Shown here: piece by piece, positions 37,747-48,764 of the stretch
Layout of the letters: every line of letters begins with the position of its first letter
Position numbering within the stretch: the stretch's first letter is position 1
Origin: an uncultured Rhodospirillaceae bacterium
GTDB lineage: Bacteria; Pseudomonadota; Alphaproteobacteria; GCA-2731375
DNA length: 64,000 nt
Reading direction: 5' to 3'
Assembly (NCBI GenBank): GCA_964631725.1
Contig: CAZVYX010000016.1
Span: 36,773 to 100,772 of the forward strand
The notes under the pieces: generated by a model
The model's database searches: none
Told to the model about the DNA's origin: nothing
What the model saw: only the letters and a program-made list of their open reading frames with translations
Made by a program: the position numbers and the translations under genes

Positions 37747-38957
37747 GATTTCACGCCCCGGTACTGCGTGACCGGGCGCATGGCGCGCCAGGCATGCAGA
37801 TCGCCCATGCCGTCCATATGGGAAACCGCGATCCGAGTCATCCCGCCGCCGTTGGTCCTCATAAACCTGAACAGTTCGCTCTCTCCTTCGACACTGACCG
37901 CATTGGCGACCAGGCGCCCGCCCTTGGGCAGAGCCCGCCAGCAGGCCTGCAGCAGCTTGCGGTTGCCGGCGCCGCCGCCGACGAAAATTACGTCCGGCTT
38001 GGCCAGACCCTTCAAGGCGGTGGGGGCGGCGCCTTCGACGATCGCCAGATTCTGTACGCCCAGGTTTTGACCATTGGCGCGGATAAATCCTGCTCGTATG
38101 GCATTCTGTTCTATGGCGATGGCCCGTGCGGTGGGTTCGGCGCGCAGGAATTCGATGGCGATGGAGCCGGCACCGGCGCCGACATCCCACAACACATCCC
38201 CCGGGGCGGGCGCCAGGGCGGCCAGGGTGACGGCGCGGACCTCTCGCTTGGTCAATTGACCGTCATGCTGGAACATCTCGTCGGGCAGGCCTGCCGGCCG
38301 CATCAGGCGGGGTGCGTCCGGGTCGGCAATACAATGCAGCGCGATGGTGTTCAAATCGCCGGCCTTGCGCCGCCAGGTCTTGGCCGTGCCGTCGTGGCGC
38401 TTCTCCCGCGGCCCACCCATGTTTTCGAATACGGTCATGGCACTGCCGCCATAGCCGGCTGCCCGCAAGGCGGCGGCGACCTCGCGGGGCGTATTGCCGT
38501 CTCCGCTCAAGATCAGGATCCGTGCGTTGGGCCGCAGGTGCCGGTTCAAAAGGCCCGCGGGGCGGCCATGCAGGGTCATGCCGTCGACCTGGGCCAAGGG
38601 CCAGCCAAGCCGGGCGCAGGCCAGGGAAAAGGCCGATTGGTGCGGGATCACCAGACAGTTTTCGGCGCCGTATTCCCGGCATAAGGTGATGCCGATGCCA
38701 TAAGACATGGGATCGCCGGTGGCCAGCACGCAGACCTGTTGGCCCTTGTATGCCGCCAGCTTGCCCACTGTTTCATGCAGCGCGCCATTCCATGTCAGAC
38801 GGGCGCGCTGGTCATCGCCCAGCATGGCCAGATGCCTCTCGCCGCCGACCAGGATTTCGGCCCCGTCGATGGCGGCGCGGGCGGCTTCGCCAAGTCCGGC
38901 CAGGCCATCTTCGCCAATGCCGATGATGGAAAGCCATTTTGTCATGCCGGCACTCAT
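37743..38957 (-). CDS. cobL: Precorrin-6Y C5,15-methyltransferase (decarboxylating), fused CbiE/CbiT
   Basis: N-terminal methylase domain (LSIIGIGEDG) plus a C-terminal SAM-MTase domain (VLWDVGAGAGSIAIE). Confidence 0.85.
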   Translation of the reverse strand: MSAGMTKWLSIIGIGEDGLAGLGEAARAAIDGAEILVGGERHLAMLGDDQRARLTWNGALHETVGKLAAYKGQQVCVLATGDPMSYGIGITLCREYGAENCLVIPHQSAFSLACARLGWPLAQVDGMTLHGRPAGLLNRHLRPNARILILSGDGNTPREVAAALRAAGYGGSAMTVFENMGGPREKRHDGTAKTWRRKAGDLNTIALHCIADPDAPRLMRPAGLPDEMFQHDGQLTKREVRAVTLAALAPAPGDVLWDVGAGAGSIAIEFLRAEPTARAIAIEQNAIRAGFIRANGQNLGVQNLAIVEGAAPTALKGLAKPDVIFVGGGAGNRKLLQACWRALPKGGRLVANAVSVEGESELFRFMRTNGGGMTRIAVSHMDGMGDLHAWRAMRPVTQYRGVKS

Positions 38958-39595
38958 ACGGGCGTCCGGGCCAGGGCGTTGACGGCGGCGGCGGCGATGG
39001 CGCTGCCGCCCCGGCGGCCGCGAAGGGTCAGATAGGGGATGTTCCCGGCATTGTCGATCAGGGCCTGTTTCGATTCCGCCGCGCCGACGAAGCCGACGGG
39101 AAAGCCCAGAATGACGGCGGGTTTCGGCGCGTCATCGGCCAGCATTTCCAGCAGGCGAAACAGCGCCGTTGGGGCATTGCCGATACAGATCACCGCGCCT
39201 TCCATGTCTTCGCGCCATTTCTCCACTGCAACGGCGGAGCGGGTTTCGCCGCGCGCCTTGGCGGTCTTTTCGACGCCAAAGGTATTCAGGGTGCAGACGA
39301 TCTGGTTCCCCGCCGGCAACAGCCGGTCGATGATGCCGTGGCGCACCATCATGACATCCACCAGGATCGCCGCGCCCCGGCGCAACGCCGCGCTTCCCGC
39401 CGCCACCGGATCACCGCCCCAGGCCAGATCGGCGGGCAGATCGGTCATGCCGCAGGCGTGGATCAGGCGCACGGCGACATCGTGCAGATCCTCCGGCAGG
39501 GCGGAGAAATCCGCTTCCGCCCTGACGATGGCGAAGGATCTGTCGTAGATCGCCTGGGGATCGCGCAGGTAATCGTATGGCGCCTGGGTGCCCAT
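38954..39595 (-). CDS. cobH: Precorrin-8X methylmutase
   Basis: CobH/CbiC family, ~210 aa. Confidence 0.85.
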   Translation of the reverse strand: MGTQAPYDYLRDPQAIYDRSFAIVRAEADFSALPEDLHDVAVRLIHACGMTDLPADLAWGGDPVAAGSAALRRGAAILVDVMMVRHGIIDRLLPAGNQIVCTLNTFGVEKTAKARGETRSAVAVEKWREDMEGAVICIGNAPTALFRLLEMLADDAPKPAVILGFPVGFVGAAESKQALIDNAGNIPYLTLRGRRGGSAIAAAAVNALARTPV

Positions 39596-39602
39596 GTCCG
39601 AC

Positions 39603-40676
39603 CTATTTCTTCACCATGCTGCGCGGGCCCAGGGGATGATCGGCGTGGGGATAGGGGTGGTGGGCGTGATCGTGGCCGCCATCGTGATCATGGTCATGGT
39701 CATGGGAATGGCCGTGATCGTGATCGTGCGCGGGGTCATGGCCCTGATCGTGTCCATGATGGACATGCGCCGTGGGGTCGAAATCCTCGTCCGAGATCTT
39801 GCCCGTGCCGATGCCTTCCACGTGATGGTGGTGACTTTCCTGGGGCAGGCCGACTTCGACCTCGAAGCCCAGCACCTGTTCCCGGTATTTGCAATTCAGG
39901 CAGTTCATGTTGTTGGCGCCTTCCAAGGCCTCGTTGACCCGGTCGGCGAACGCATCCAGCACCAAGGGGTGGTCATTCAGGTACGAGGCCTTGACGAATT
40001 CGATCTCCGGATGATCGGCCGCGACCACATCGGCGTAATGATAGATGCGTCGGACCAGAATGCCGGTGAACAGAAAATACGGAAAAACGATGATCCGTTT
40101 GTAGCCCAGCTTGGCCGCATGCCGCAGGCCCGGCTCCACCAGGGGGAAGGTAACGCCGGAATAGGCGACCTCGGCCCAGCCGAAGCCCAGGCCTTCCCAC
40201 AACAGGCGGCAGACTTTCGAGATATTCGAGTTGGCGTCGGGATCGGAGGCGCCCCGGCCGACCACCACCAGCAGGGTTTCCTCCGGGCTGATGTGATCGC
40301 CGGCGGCATCCATGGCCTCACGCACCCGGTCGCCGGCGGCGCGGATCAGCTTCATGTCCATGCCCAGATCGCGGCCATAGGTGATGTCCAATTCCGGGTG
40401 CTGGGCGGCATAGGTGTTGATCACCGAGGGCAGGTCGTTCTTCACATGGCCGGCGGCGAACAGCATGCCCGGTATGGCGATGATGCGCTTGTTGCCCCGC
40501 TCCCGCAGGGCATCGAGCCGTTCGCGGATGATCGGCGTGGCGAACTCCAGAAAGCCGCTATCCACGTCATATTGCGGCAGGCGGGCGCGGATACCGTCCG
40601 CGACGCTTTGAAATTCTGTAACGGCGTCTTCGTCGCGGCTGCCATGGCCGCAGACCATAATGCCAATATTTGTCAT
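39603..40676 (-). CDS. cbiX: Sirohydrochlorin cobaltochelatase CbiX (long form) with a His-rich C-terminal tail
   Basis: Duplicated CbiX domain (IMVCGHGSRD..., LLVVVGRGASDPDAN). Tail: HHHHVEG...HVHHGHDQGHDPAHDHDHGHSHDHDHDHDGGHDHAHH. Confidence 0.8.
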   Translation of the reverse strand: MTNIGIMVCGHGSRDEDAVTEFQSVADGIRARLPQYDVDSGFLEFATPIIRERLDALRERGNKRIIAIPGMLFAAGHVKNDLPSVINTYAAQHPELDITYGRDLGMDMKLIRAAGDRVREAMDAAGDHISPEETLLVVVGRGASDPDANSNISKVCRLLWEGLGFGWAEVAYSGVTFPLVEPGLRHAAKLGYKRIIVFPYFLFTGILVRRIYHYADVVAADHPEIEFVKASYLNDHPLVLDAFADRVNEALEGANNMNCLNCKYREQVLGFEVEVGLPQESHHHHVEGIGTGKISDEDFDPTAHVHHGHDQGHDPAHDHDHGHSHDHDHDHDGGHDHAHHPYPHADHPLGPRSMVKK

Positions 40677-40768
40677 GATTGCCTCATCCACTCTCGATAC
40701 GCCACGCTTGCTCTCGTTAAGGTAATGCGGCAAACCTGCTGGCTTCGCGGCTTAGCATAGCAGTTTGC

Positions 40769-41722
40769 ATGTTTGAATTTGTTTTTCCCATACAGGCGGT
40801 ATTTCTCGCCCTGGCGCTGGATCTGCTGTTCGGCGAGCCCAAGTGGCTCTACGACCGGGTCGCACATCCCGTTGTCTGGATCGGAAAGCTGATTTCCGCC
40901 CTTGAGGGCCGCCTGTACGGCCCGCAAAACCAGATATTTCAGGGTGCGGTTCTGGTCGCCGTCACGGTCGTTCTGTGCGCGGCCGCCGGCGCTGTTATTT
41001 CGTGGTTGGCGGAACAAACCGGTCTCGACTGGATCCTGACCGGTATCGTCGGCTCGGTGTTTCTTGCGGCCCGCAGCCTGTATGACCATGTGGTCACGGT
41101 GGCGCGGGGTCTGTCCCGGGACCTGGAAGCGGGGCGCGCGGCGGTCAGCCATATCGTTGGCCGGGATGTTTCGGAATTGGACGAGGCCGGCGTCGCCCGC
41201 GCGGCCTTGGAAAGCCTGGCCGAGAATTTTTCCGACGGCGTGGTGGCACCGCTGTTCTGGTTCCTTGTCGCCGGTTTGCCGGGGCTGCTGGCCTACAAGG
41301 CGGTCAATACCCTGGACAGCATGCTCGGCCACCGTAACGAACGCTATCTGTATTTTGGCCGGGTGGCGGCGCGCCTGGACGATGTGGTGAACTGGCCGGC
41401 GGCGCGGATCACCGGTGCCTTGCTGTGTTTCGGCGCGCTGGTGGCGCCCGGCCTGGACGCGGGCAAGGCCTGGCGCACCATGTGGCGGGATGGGGGCAAG
41501 CACATATCGCCCAATGCCGGCTGGCCCGAGGCCGCCATGGCGGGCGCCCTGGGCATCGCCCTGGCCGGACCACGGATCTATGACGGCGCGCGCACCGATG
41601 ATCCTTGGCTCGGCGATGGCGACGGCATGGTGACGGCGGCGGACATTGCGCGGGGCTGCACCTTGTACCGCTGGACCTGCGCCGCGATCCTGCTGGCCCT
41701 GTTGGTGCTCGCCTTGCCCTAG
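40769..41722 (+). CDS. cobD: Adenosylcobinamide-phosphate synthase
   Basis: CobD/CbiB membrane protein family. Confidence 0.85.
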   Translation: MFEFVFPIQAVFLALALDLLFGEPKWLYDRVAHPVVWIGKLISALEGRLYGPQNQIFQGAVLVAVTVVLCAAAGAVISWLAEQTGLDWILTGIVGSVFLAARSLYDHVVTVARGLSRDLEAGRAAVSHIVGRDVSELDEAGVARAALESLAENFSDGVVAPLFWFLVAGLPGLLAYKAVNTLDSMLGHRNERYLYFGRVAARLDDVVNWPAARITGALLCFGALVAPGLDAGKAWRTMWRDGGKHISPNAGWPEAAMAGALGIALAGPRIYDGARTDDPWLGDGDGMVTAADIARGCTLYRWTCAAILLALLVLALP

Positions 41723-41735
41723 TTCAGGCAGCAGT

Positions 41736-43199
41736 TCAGGCCGCATGGGCGATCTCCAACATGCGGTCCAGATCCAGGTTTTCCTCCAGATGCGCGGCCA
41801 GGCCATCAAGGGTCTGGTCAACCAGGGCATCATGATTGACGCCGCTTTGTTGCCGCGCCCGCAGCTTTGACAGATAGGCATGGCGGAAAGCGTCGGCCCG
41901 CATCAGGCCGTGCAGATAGCAGCCCTCGACCCGGCCATCGGCGCTGCGCGCGCCGTCCGTTCCGCCATCGAGTTCAAGGAACGGCCGGGCCTGGTCCGGT
42001 CCGCTCGTGAGACCGAGGTGGATTTCATAACCGTGCAGGGCTTCGCCGCTTTCAATATGAATGCCGGCGCGTTTGCCCAAGCTCTTTTCCGGCGACAGCA
42101 CGGTTTCCATGTCCAATAGACCCAGGCCGTCCGCCCGCGAGATCGGGCCCTCAATGCCTTCGGGATCGGCGATGGTTTTGCCCAATATTTGATAGCCGCC
42201 GCAAATGCCCAGGATATACCCGCCGCGCCGGTGATGGGCCAGGATGTCAATGTCCCAGCCCTGGCGGCGGAGAAAGGCGAGATCGGCGATGGTGGCCTTG
42301 CTTCCGGGCAGCAGGATCAGGTCCGCATCGCCCGGGACTACCTCGCCCGCCGCAACGATCCGCACCTCCACATCCGGTTCGGCATTCAGGGGATCCAGAT
42401 CGTCGAAATTGGCGATGCGGGAAAGCTTCGGCACGGCTATTTTAATGGCGCCGTCACGGCGCGCGGCCGGCTTATCCAGGGCGACGGCGTCTTCCGCCGG
42501 CAGATGCACGGCATCTGGAAAATACGGCGCGATGCCCATGGCGGGCCAGCCGGTGCGGTTGGTGATTTCCGTCAGGCCATCGTCGAACAGGGTCACGTCG
42601 CCACGGAATTTGTTGATGATATAGCCCTTGATGCGCGTCCTGGCGTCGTCATCAATTACCGCATGGGTGCCGACAACGGCGGCGATGACGCCGCCCCGGT
42701 CGATATCCGCCACCAGGATTACCGGTACGTTTGCGGCGGCGGCAAAACCCATGTTGGCGATGTCCCGGCCCGGCAGATTGATCTCCGCCGGGCTGCCCGC
42801 CCCTTCGACCAGGACCAGATCGGCGCCGGATGAATTAATCTCGTAGCTCTCCAATACCTCGGCCATCAAGCCGGCTTTCAGGTGCTGATAGTCCCGCGCA
42901 TTGGCGGCGCCGCGAACCTGGCCGCGCACGATGATCTGTGCGCCGATGTCGGTCTGTGGTTTCAACAGCACTGGGTTCATATGCACACTGGGTTCGGCCC
43001 GGGCGGCGAGCGCCTGCAAATGCTGGGCCCGGCCGATCTCACCGCCGTTGCCGGCGATGGCGGCGTTATTGGACATGTTCTGCGGCTTGAAGGGCCGTAC
43101 CTCTAGGCCCCGGTTGGCATAGGCGCGCGCCAAGCCGGCCACCATGAGCGATTTGCCCACGTCGGATCCGGTGCCTTGGAACATCAGCGCCCTTGCCAT
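41736..43199 (-). CDS. cobQ: Cobyric acid synthase
   Basis: CobQ/CbiP: N-terminal GTGSDVGKS and a C-terminal GATase domain. Confidence 0.9.
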   Translation of the reverse strand: MARALMFQGTGSDVGKSLMVAGLARAYANRGLEVRPFKPQNMSNNAAIAGNGGEIGRAQHLQALAARAEPSVHMNPVLLKPQTDIGAQIIVRGQVRGAANARDYQHLKAGLMAEVLESYEINSSGADLVLVEGAGSPAEINLPGRDIANMGFAAAANVPVILVADIDRGGVIAAVVGTHAVIDDDARTRIKGYIINKFRGDVTLFDDGLTEITNRTGWPAMGIAPYFPDAVHLPAEDAVALDKPAARRDGAIKIAVPKLSRIANFDDLDPLNAEPDVEVRIVAAGEVVPGDADLILLPGSKATIADLAFLRRQGWDIDILAHHRRGGYILGICGGYQILGKTIADPEGIEGPISRADGLGLLDMETVLSPEKSLGKRAGIHIESGEALHGYEIHLGLTSGPDQARPFLELDGGTDGARSADGRVEGCYLHGLMRADAFRHAYLSKLRARQQSGVNHDALVDQTLDGLAAHLEENLDLDRMLEIAHAA

Positions 43200-43209
43200 C
43201 GTCCGCGGC

Positions 43210-43830
43210 CTAAAACTCGATGCCCTTCTGGGCCTTAACGCCGGAGCGGAAAGGGTGCTTTACCTGGGTCATTTCGGTGACCAGATCGGCGATTTCGATC
43301 AATTCGTCCTTGGCGTTGCGCCCCGTAACGATGACGTGCAGGTCTTCCGGTTTGTTCGACAGGGTCTCGATGATTTCATCCAGGGGCAGGTTGTCGTAGC
43401 GCAGGACGATGTTGAGTTCGTCCAGCAGAATCATGTCGAATTCCGGGTTCGGCCCACGCGACGCTTCGATCATCTCCTTGGATTTATCCCAGGCCTTGCG
43501 CGCGGCGGCGATATCGCGGGCCTTGTCCTGGGTTTCCCAGCTAAAACCTTCGCCCATGGCATGGATTTCGATCTGGTCGGGGAAATGTTCCAGGATATCC
43601 CGCTCCCCGGTTTCCCATTTGCCTTTCACGAACTGGATCACACCGACCCGCATGCCGTTGCCCATGGCGCGCACGACCAGGCCAAATGCGGCGGTTGATT
43701 TACCCTTGCCCTTGCCGGTGTGCACGATCACCAAGCCTTTTTCGATGGTCTTGGTGGCCAGCATTTTTTCCCGGGCGCGCTTTTTGTTAGCGGCCTTTTC
43801 GTTGGCGCGGGCGTATTGGTCGTCACTCAT
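43210..43830 (-). CDS. cobO: Cob(I)yrinic acid a,c-diamide adenosyltransferase
   Basis: CobO/BtuR family ([15 protein letters not shown]). Confidence 0.9.
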   Translation of the reverse strand: MSDDQYARANEKAANKKRAREKMLATKTIEKGLVIVHTGKGKGKSTAAFGLVVRAMGNGMRVGVIQFVKGKWETGERDILEHFPDQIEIHAMGEGFSWETQDKARDIAAARKAWDKSKEMIEASRGPNPEFDMILLDELNIVLRYDNLPLDEIIETLSNKPEDLHVIVTGRNAKDELIEIADLVTEMTQVKHPFRSGVKAQKGIEF

Positions 43831-46800
43831 CCTTGTTCTCCCATGCTCATGCTTTCATTGGCCGCGATCAGATCGCGCAGGGCGTCCGGGGTGGAGTTGG
43901 AAAGGGTCTGCCACAGGCCGCGCTCCAGCGCCTCGGTCAGCCGCTCCGCCATTTCCTTCAGTGCCGCCGGATTGTTTTGACGCAAAAAGTCCAGAACTTC
44001 GTCGTCATTCAGGTACGCTTCGTAGACTGCGTCGAAATGATGGTCCGAGACGACCCGCGCCGTGGCGGCAAAGGCGAACAGGTAATCCACCGTCGCCGCC
44101 ATCTCGAAGGCGCCCTTGTAGCCGTGGCGCATGACGCCGGAAATCCACTTCGGATTGACCACGCGGGCCCGCACGACGCGGCCGATCTCGTCTTCCAGGC
44201 TGCGGATCTTCGGTGCGAAGGGCCGGCTGTGATCATTGTGATAGATGGCGGGCTGGGCGCCTGAATAGTGCCGCACGGCTGCCGTCAAGCCGCCTTCGAA
44301 CTGGTAGTAGTCGTCTGAATCCAGCAGGTCGTGCTCTCGATTGTCCTGGTTTTGTACCACGCCCTGGGTGCTGGACAGGAGGGACTGGAACTGGCCGTGT
44401 GCCGGCCGGCCGGACTTCTTGCCGCCATAGGCATAGCCGCCCCAGGCCAGATAGGCGCGGGCCAGATCGCCGTCGTCCCGCCAGCCACGCTCGTCCATCA
44501 GGGCCTGCAAACCAGCGCCGTAGGCGCCGGGTTTGGAACCGAATACGCGGGCGGCGGCCAGATGGTCCGCGTCTGATGCGTCATGGCCCGCCTGGCGTAA
44601 ACGATGGGCATCGGCACGGGCCCGCGCCGCCAGGGGGTTGTCCCGCTCGGCCTCGTCCAGGGCGGCGACCTCCCGGGCGGCACTGTCGAACAGATCGATC
44701 TGGGTCGGAAAGGCATCGCGGAAAAAGCCGGAAATACGCAAGGTCACATCGACCCGGGGCCGGTCCAGCATATGGATGGGCAGGATGTCGAAGCCGATGA
44801 CCCGGCGCGATGCGGGCTCCCACTTCGGCTGTACGCCCATCAGCGCCAGGGCCTGGGCGATATCATCGCCGCCGGTGCGCATGTTGGCGGTGCCCCAGGC
44901 GCTGATCGCCAGATGTTTCGGCCATTCGCCATGGCTTTGCCGGTATTCATCCAGCAACAGGTTGGCGGATTTCCAGCCCAACTGCCAGGCGGCCGGAGTG
45001 GGTACGGTGCGGCTGTCCACGGAATAGAAATTCCGCCCCGTGGGCAGAACGTCCAGGCGCCCCCGCGTCGGCGCGCCGGACGGTCCCGGTTCGACGAATT
45101 TGCCATCCAGACCCTGGATCAGGGCGGAGATTTCGGCCTCACCGCAGGCATCCACGGTGGGGCCTACATGCCCGGCAATATTGTCCAGCACGGCCCGGGT
45201 CGCCGTCCAGTCCGGCGCTATCGTTGCCGTGCCATCGACCAGGCCGGCGGCCAGTTCCTCCAACCGTTCCACGGTGTCGCCATGGCTGCGCCAGGCTGCG
45301 TCACCCATTCGCAACGGCGCCGGCTTTGGTCCGTGCCAAGTATCTCCCAGGGTGCAATCCAGCGGATCGAAGGCAAGTTCAAGATCCTCGGCCAGGGCTC
45401 GGATCAGGGAGGCATCGCCCGGATTGTCAGCTTCATCGCCCTGGCGCGGCAGACGGGTCAGGGCCACCAACAGATCCCGGCGCAAGCGGCCCTCCAATGG
45501 CTGGCCCAGAACATGCAGGCCGTCGCGGATCTGCATTTCCTTCAGGTCGCACAGGTAATTGTCCAGTTTGGCCAGGGCGGCGGCCTCGTCATCCCCGGCG
45601 TCGATGCCTGCGTCCTTGTCCAGGCCGATATCGCGCGTCAGTTCCAAAATCTGCCCGCGCAAAAGATTAAGGCGGCGCGGATCCAGGCCGGCGGCTTCAT
45701 AGAATTCATCCACCAGCAGTTCCAGCTCCGCCAGGGGGCCGTAGCTTTCCGCCCGCGTTAATGGCGGCGTCAAATGATCGACGATTACCGCCTGGGCCCG
45801 CCGCTTGGCCTGCGTGCCTTCGCCGGGATCATTGACGATGAAGGGATAAAGATGGGGCAGGGGACCCAAGGCGGCTTCCGGATAGCAATTTTCGGAGAGC
45901 GCCAGGGACTTACCCGGCAGCCATTCCAGATTGCCGTGCTTGCCCATATGGATCATGGCCTGGACGCCAAAGCTCCGGCGCAGCCAGGCGTAAAAGGCCA
46001 GATATCCGTGCGGCGGCACCAGGTCCGGGTCGTGGTAGGTCGACTTGGGGTCGATGTTGTAGCCCCGTGCTGGTTGCAGGCCGATCACCACCTTGCCCTG
46101 GATGAAGGCGGGCAAGATGAAGGCATCGCCATCCACGAAGGGATCGTCCCCGGCCGGCCCCCAGCGCTCATTGACTTGTGTCTGTATTGTCTCGGGCAGA
46201 TTGTTGAAGAAATCTTGATAGTCGGCGACGGCGAACTTGATGCCCCCCGCGCGGCCGGCCCGGTTCGTCAGATTGTTGGTCGGTCCGGCGGCGAGTTTTC
46301 TGATCAGATCATCGCCCCGGCCCGGCAGGCTGCCCACGTCATAATCCGCATCCGCCAAGGCGCGCAGCAGGTTCAAGGCGGAGGCAGGCGAGTCCAGACC
46401 GACGCCGTTGCCCATGCGGCCATCCTTGTTGGGGTAGTTGGCGAAAATTAGTGCCAGGCGCCGCTTGGGCGCGGGCGTCTGCGTCAGCGCCAACCAATTG
46501 GCGGCCAGGCGGCAGACAAAATCGATCCGGTCCGGCACCCCTTGGTAGGCGATCACCGGCAACTGCGTGGCTTCGTCAAAACGCGCCTCGGCCTTGAACG
46601 ATACGGCGCGGGAGATGATCCGGCCGTCGACTTCGGGCAAGGCCACGTTCATGGCGATGTCACGGGCGCTCAAGCCGTTCAAATTTTCGCGCCAGTCCTC
46701 TTCGTTGCCGCCGGCGAAGATCATCTGAATAACCGGCACGCCGGGCCGTTCCAGGGGTGAATCCGCCCGCGCGCCGCTGGGTTTGGAAATGGCGAAGCCG

Positions 46801-47591
46801 GTGGCGTTGAGGATCACGCCGGGCGGTTCCTCGGCAAAGATCGCATTCACGGTTTCCGCCGAGACCGCTTCCTTCAGGGAGGCGACAAAGACCGGCAGCG
46901 GGTTCAGGCCGTGATCGCGCAAGGACCGGATCACGCCGTCCACCGGGTCCAGATTGCCCGCCTGATACAGGGCCCGATAGAAGGTGACGGCGGCCACTGC
47001 CGCGCCCGGCGTCCAATGCCGCCGCAGCTCCGCCAGGGTTACGGCGCCCTGGCCGGGCCAATAGATGCCGGCGCGCAGCAACGGCGCGGGCTCCCGCCAA
47101 TCAACCGGTTGGCCCAATAGGCTGGCGGCATAGGCCAGTAGATTGCCGCCGTTTTCCAGGCCGCCATGGACGAAATACTGCCACAGACGGTGGCAAGCCT
47201 CGGCCGGCAGGGTCGATAGGCCATGCAGTTCGGCATCGGGCTGATCATCGCCCGGGATGATGGCCAGGGCGATATCTGACTGGCGGCAGCAGTCCACCAC
47301 CTGTTCCACGCCATAGGGCCAGTAGTTGACGCCGCCCAGCAACCGGATGACCACCAGTTTAGCCGCCCTGACAATGTCGCCGACGTATAGATCGACCGAC
47401 ATGTTGTGGCTTAGGTTCATCAGGTTCGCCAGGCGCAGGCTGGGCGCATCCGAATTCCGCCCCGCCGCCGACAGCATCTGCAAGTCCGTATCCGCCGCCG
47501 ACAGGATAACGATGTCGCCGGGGCTTTGGCCCAGGTCCACCGCCTCCGCTCCATCGGAGATGCCGCCGGGTTTGGCTGCGAGCAGATGCAT
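43827..47591 (-). CDS. cobN: Cobaltochelatase large subunit CobN
   Basis: ~1250 aa CobN/Mg-chelatase H family protein embedded in the cob operon. Confidence 0.85.
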   Translation of the reverse strand: MHLLAAKPGGISDGAEAVDLGQSPGDIVILSAADTDLQMLSAAGRNSDAPSLRLANLMNLSHNMSVDLYVGDIVRAAKLVVIRLLGGVNYWPYGVEQVVDCCRQSDIALAIIPGDDQPDAELHGLSTLPAEACHRLWQYFVHGGLENGGNLLAYAASLLGQPVDWREPAPLLRAGIYWPGQGAVTLAELRRHWTPGAAVAAVTFYRALYQAGNLDPVDGVIRSLRDHGLNPLPVFVASLKEAVSAETVNAIFAEEPPGVILNATGFAISKPSGARADSPLERPGVPVIQMIFAGGNEEDWRENLNGLSARDIAMNVALPEVDGRIISRAVSFKAEARFDEATQLPVIAYQGVPDRIDFVCRLAANWLALTQTPAPKRRLALIFANYPNKDGRMGNGVGLDSPASALNLLRALADADYDVGSLPGRGDDLIRKLAAGPTNNLTNRAGRAGGIKFAVADYQDFFNNLPETIQTQVNERWGPAGDDPFVDGDAFILPAFIQGKVVIGLQPARGYNIDPKSTYHDPDLVPPHGYLAFYAWLRRSFGVQAMIHMGKHGNLEWLPGKSLALSENCYPEAALGPLPHLYPFIVNDPGEGTQAKRRAQAVIVDHLTPPLTRAESYGPLAELELLVDEFYEAAGLDPRRLNLLRGQILELTRDIGLDKDAGIDAGDDEAAALAKLDNYLCDLKEMQIRDGLHVLGQPLEGRLRRDLLVALTRLPRQGDEADNPGDASLIRALAEDLELAFDPLDCTLGDTWHGPKPAPLRMGDAAWRSHGDTVERLEELAAGLVDGTATIAPDWTATRAVLDNIAGHVGPTVDACGEAEISALIQGLDGKFVEPGPSGAPTRGRLDVLPTGRNFYSVDSRTVPTPAAWQLGWKSANLLLDEYRQSHGEWPKHLAISAWGTANMRTGGDDIAQALALMGVQPKWEPASRRVIGFDILPIHMLDRPRVDVTLRISGFFRDAFPTQIDLFDSAAREVAALDEAERDNPLAARARADAHRLRQAGHDASDADHLAAARVFGSKPGAYGAGLQALMDERGWRDDGDLARAYLAWGGYAYGGKKSGRPAHGQFQSLLSSTQGVVQNQDNREHDLLDSDDYYQFEGGLTAAVRHYSGAQPAIYHNDHSRPFAPKIRSLEDEIGRVVRARVVNPKWISGVMRHGYKGAFEMAATVDYLFAFAATARVVSDHHFDAVYEAYLNDDEVLDFLRQNNPAALKEMAERLTEALERGLWQTLSNSTPDALRDLIAANESMSMGEQG

Positions 47592-47598
47592 CCCTGGT

Positions 47599-48642
47599 TC
47601 AGTCCAGGATCATCGCGCGGATGGCGGCTTCGTCCAGGCCATGCAGGCCGATCACCACCAGGCGGCTGGCGCGGTCTTCGTCCGTGCCCCAATCCCGGTC
47701 ATAATAGTGCTGATAACGGTCGCCGACACCCTGTACCAGCAGGCGCATATCCTTGCCCTTGACGGCGATGAAGCCTTTCATGCGCAGCACGTCATGGGCC
47801 GCCGCTGCCTGCCGCAGTTTCGCCACCAGGGCTTCGGGATCGGCCACCGCATCGAAGGCCACGACGAAGCTTTCAAAGTCATCGTGTTCGTGGTCGTCTT
47901 CGTCATCGTGATGGGAGGGACGGTTGTCTAAATCGTCCTCGGCGGCGGCGTCCAGGCCCAGCAAGGTATCGGCATCAATGGCGCCGTGGCGGGCCGGCAC
48001 CACCCGTATCGATTGCCGTAGGGCGGCCCGCAAATCCGCCGTGACGCGGGGTGCTTCCTCTTCCGATATCAGGTCGGCCTTGTTCATCACCACCATATCG
48101 GCGCAGGCCAGTTGATCCGTGAACAGTTCCGCCAGCGGGCTGTCATGATCCAGCGCCTCGTCGGCCTGCCGTTGCGCCATGACCGCGTCCGGGTCATCGG
48201 CGAACAGGCCGGCGGCGAATGCCGGTGCATCGACTACGGTAACCACGCCATCGACGGTGATGCGGGTGCGGATGCCTGGCCAGTTGAAGGCCTTCAGCAG
48301 CGGTTTCGGCAAGGCCAGGCCGGACGTCTCGATAATGATGTGGTCAATGCCCCCGGGCCGGTCCAGCAACGCCTCCATGGTGGGCACGAAATCGTCGGCC
48401 ACGGTGCAACAAATGCAGCCATTGGCCAGTTCGACAATGTCTTCTTCGGCACAATTCTCGGCACCGCAGGCCTTTAGGATATTGCCGTCGACGCCGACGT
48501 CGCCGAATTCGTTGATAATCAGCGCCAGGCGCCTGCCGTTGGCGGTTTGCAAAAGGTGCCGGATCATGGAGGTTTTGCCCGCGCCCAGGAAGCCGGTGAT
48601 GACGGTGGCGGGAATACGTTGCAGATTGCTCATGAACGGCAT
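47599..48642 (-). CDS. cobW: Cobalamin biosynthesis GTPase CobW (COG0523)
   Basis: GFLGAGKT P-loop, CICC motif (GCICCTV), His/Asp-rich stretch HHDDEDDHEHDD. Confidence 0.85.
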   Translation of the reverse strand: MPFMSNLQRIPATVITGFLGAGKTSMIRHLLQTANGRRLALIINEFGDVGVDGNILKACGAENCAEEDIVELANGCICCTVADDFVPTMEALLDRPGGIDHIIIETSGLALPKPLLKAFNWPGIRTRITVDGVVTVVDAPAFAAGLFADDPDAVMAQRQADEALDHDSPLAELFTDQLACADMVVMNKADLISEEEAPRVTADLRAALRQSIRVVPARHGAIDADTLLGLDAAAEDDLDNRPSHHDDEDDHEHDDFESFVVAFDAVADPEALVAKLRQAAAAHDVLRMKGFIAVKGKDMRLLVQGVGDRYQHYYDRDWGTDEDRASRLVVIGLHGLDEAAIRAMILD

Positions 48643-48764
48643 GATCCTAGCTGGTGATAAAGGCGGGAATGTCCGGAATGATTCATGACCTTGCGTCCTC
48701 CCTCCGAGGATCTGTTACTTGGTTTCAACAGGCCGCGCGCGTCTTCTGGCTTAGGATCATCGGT

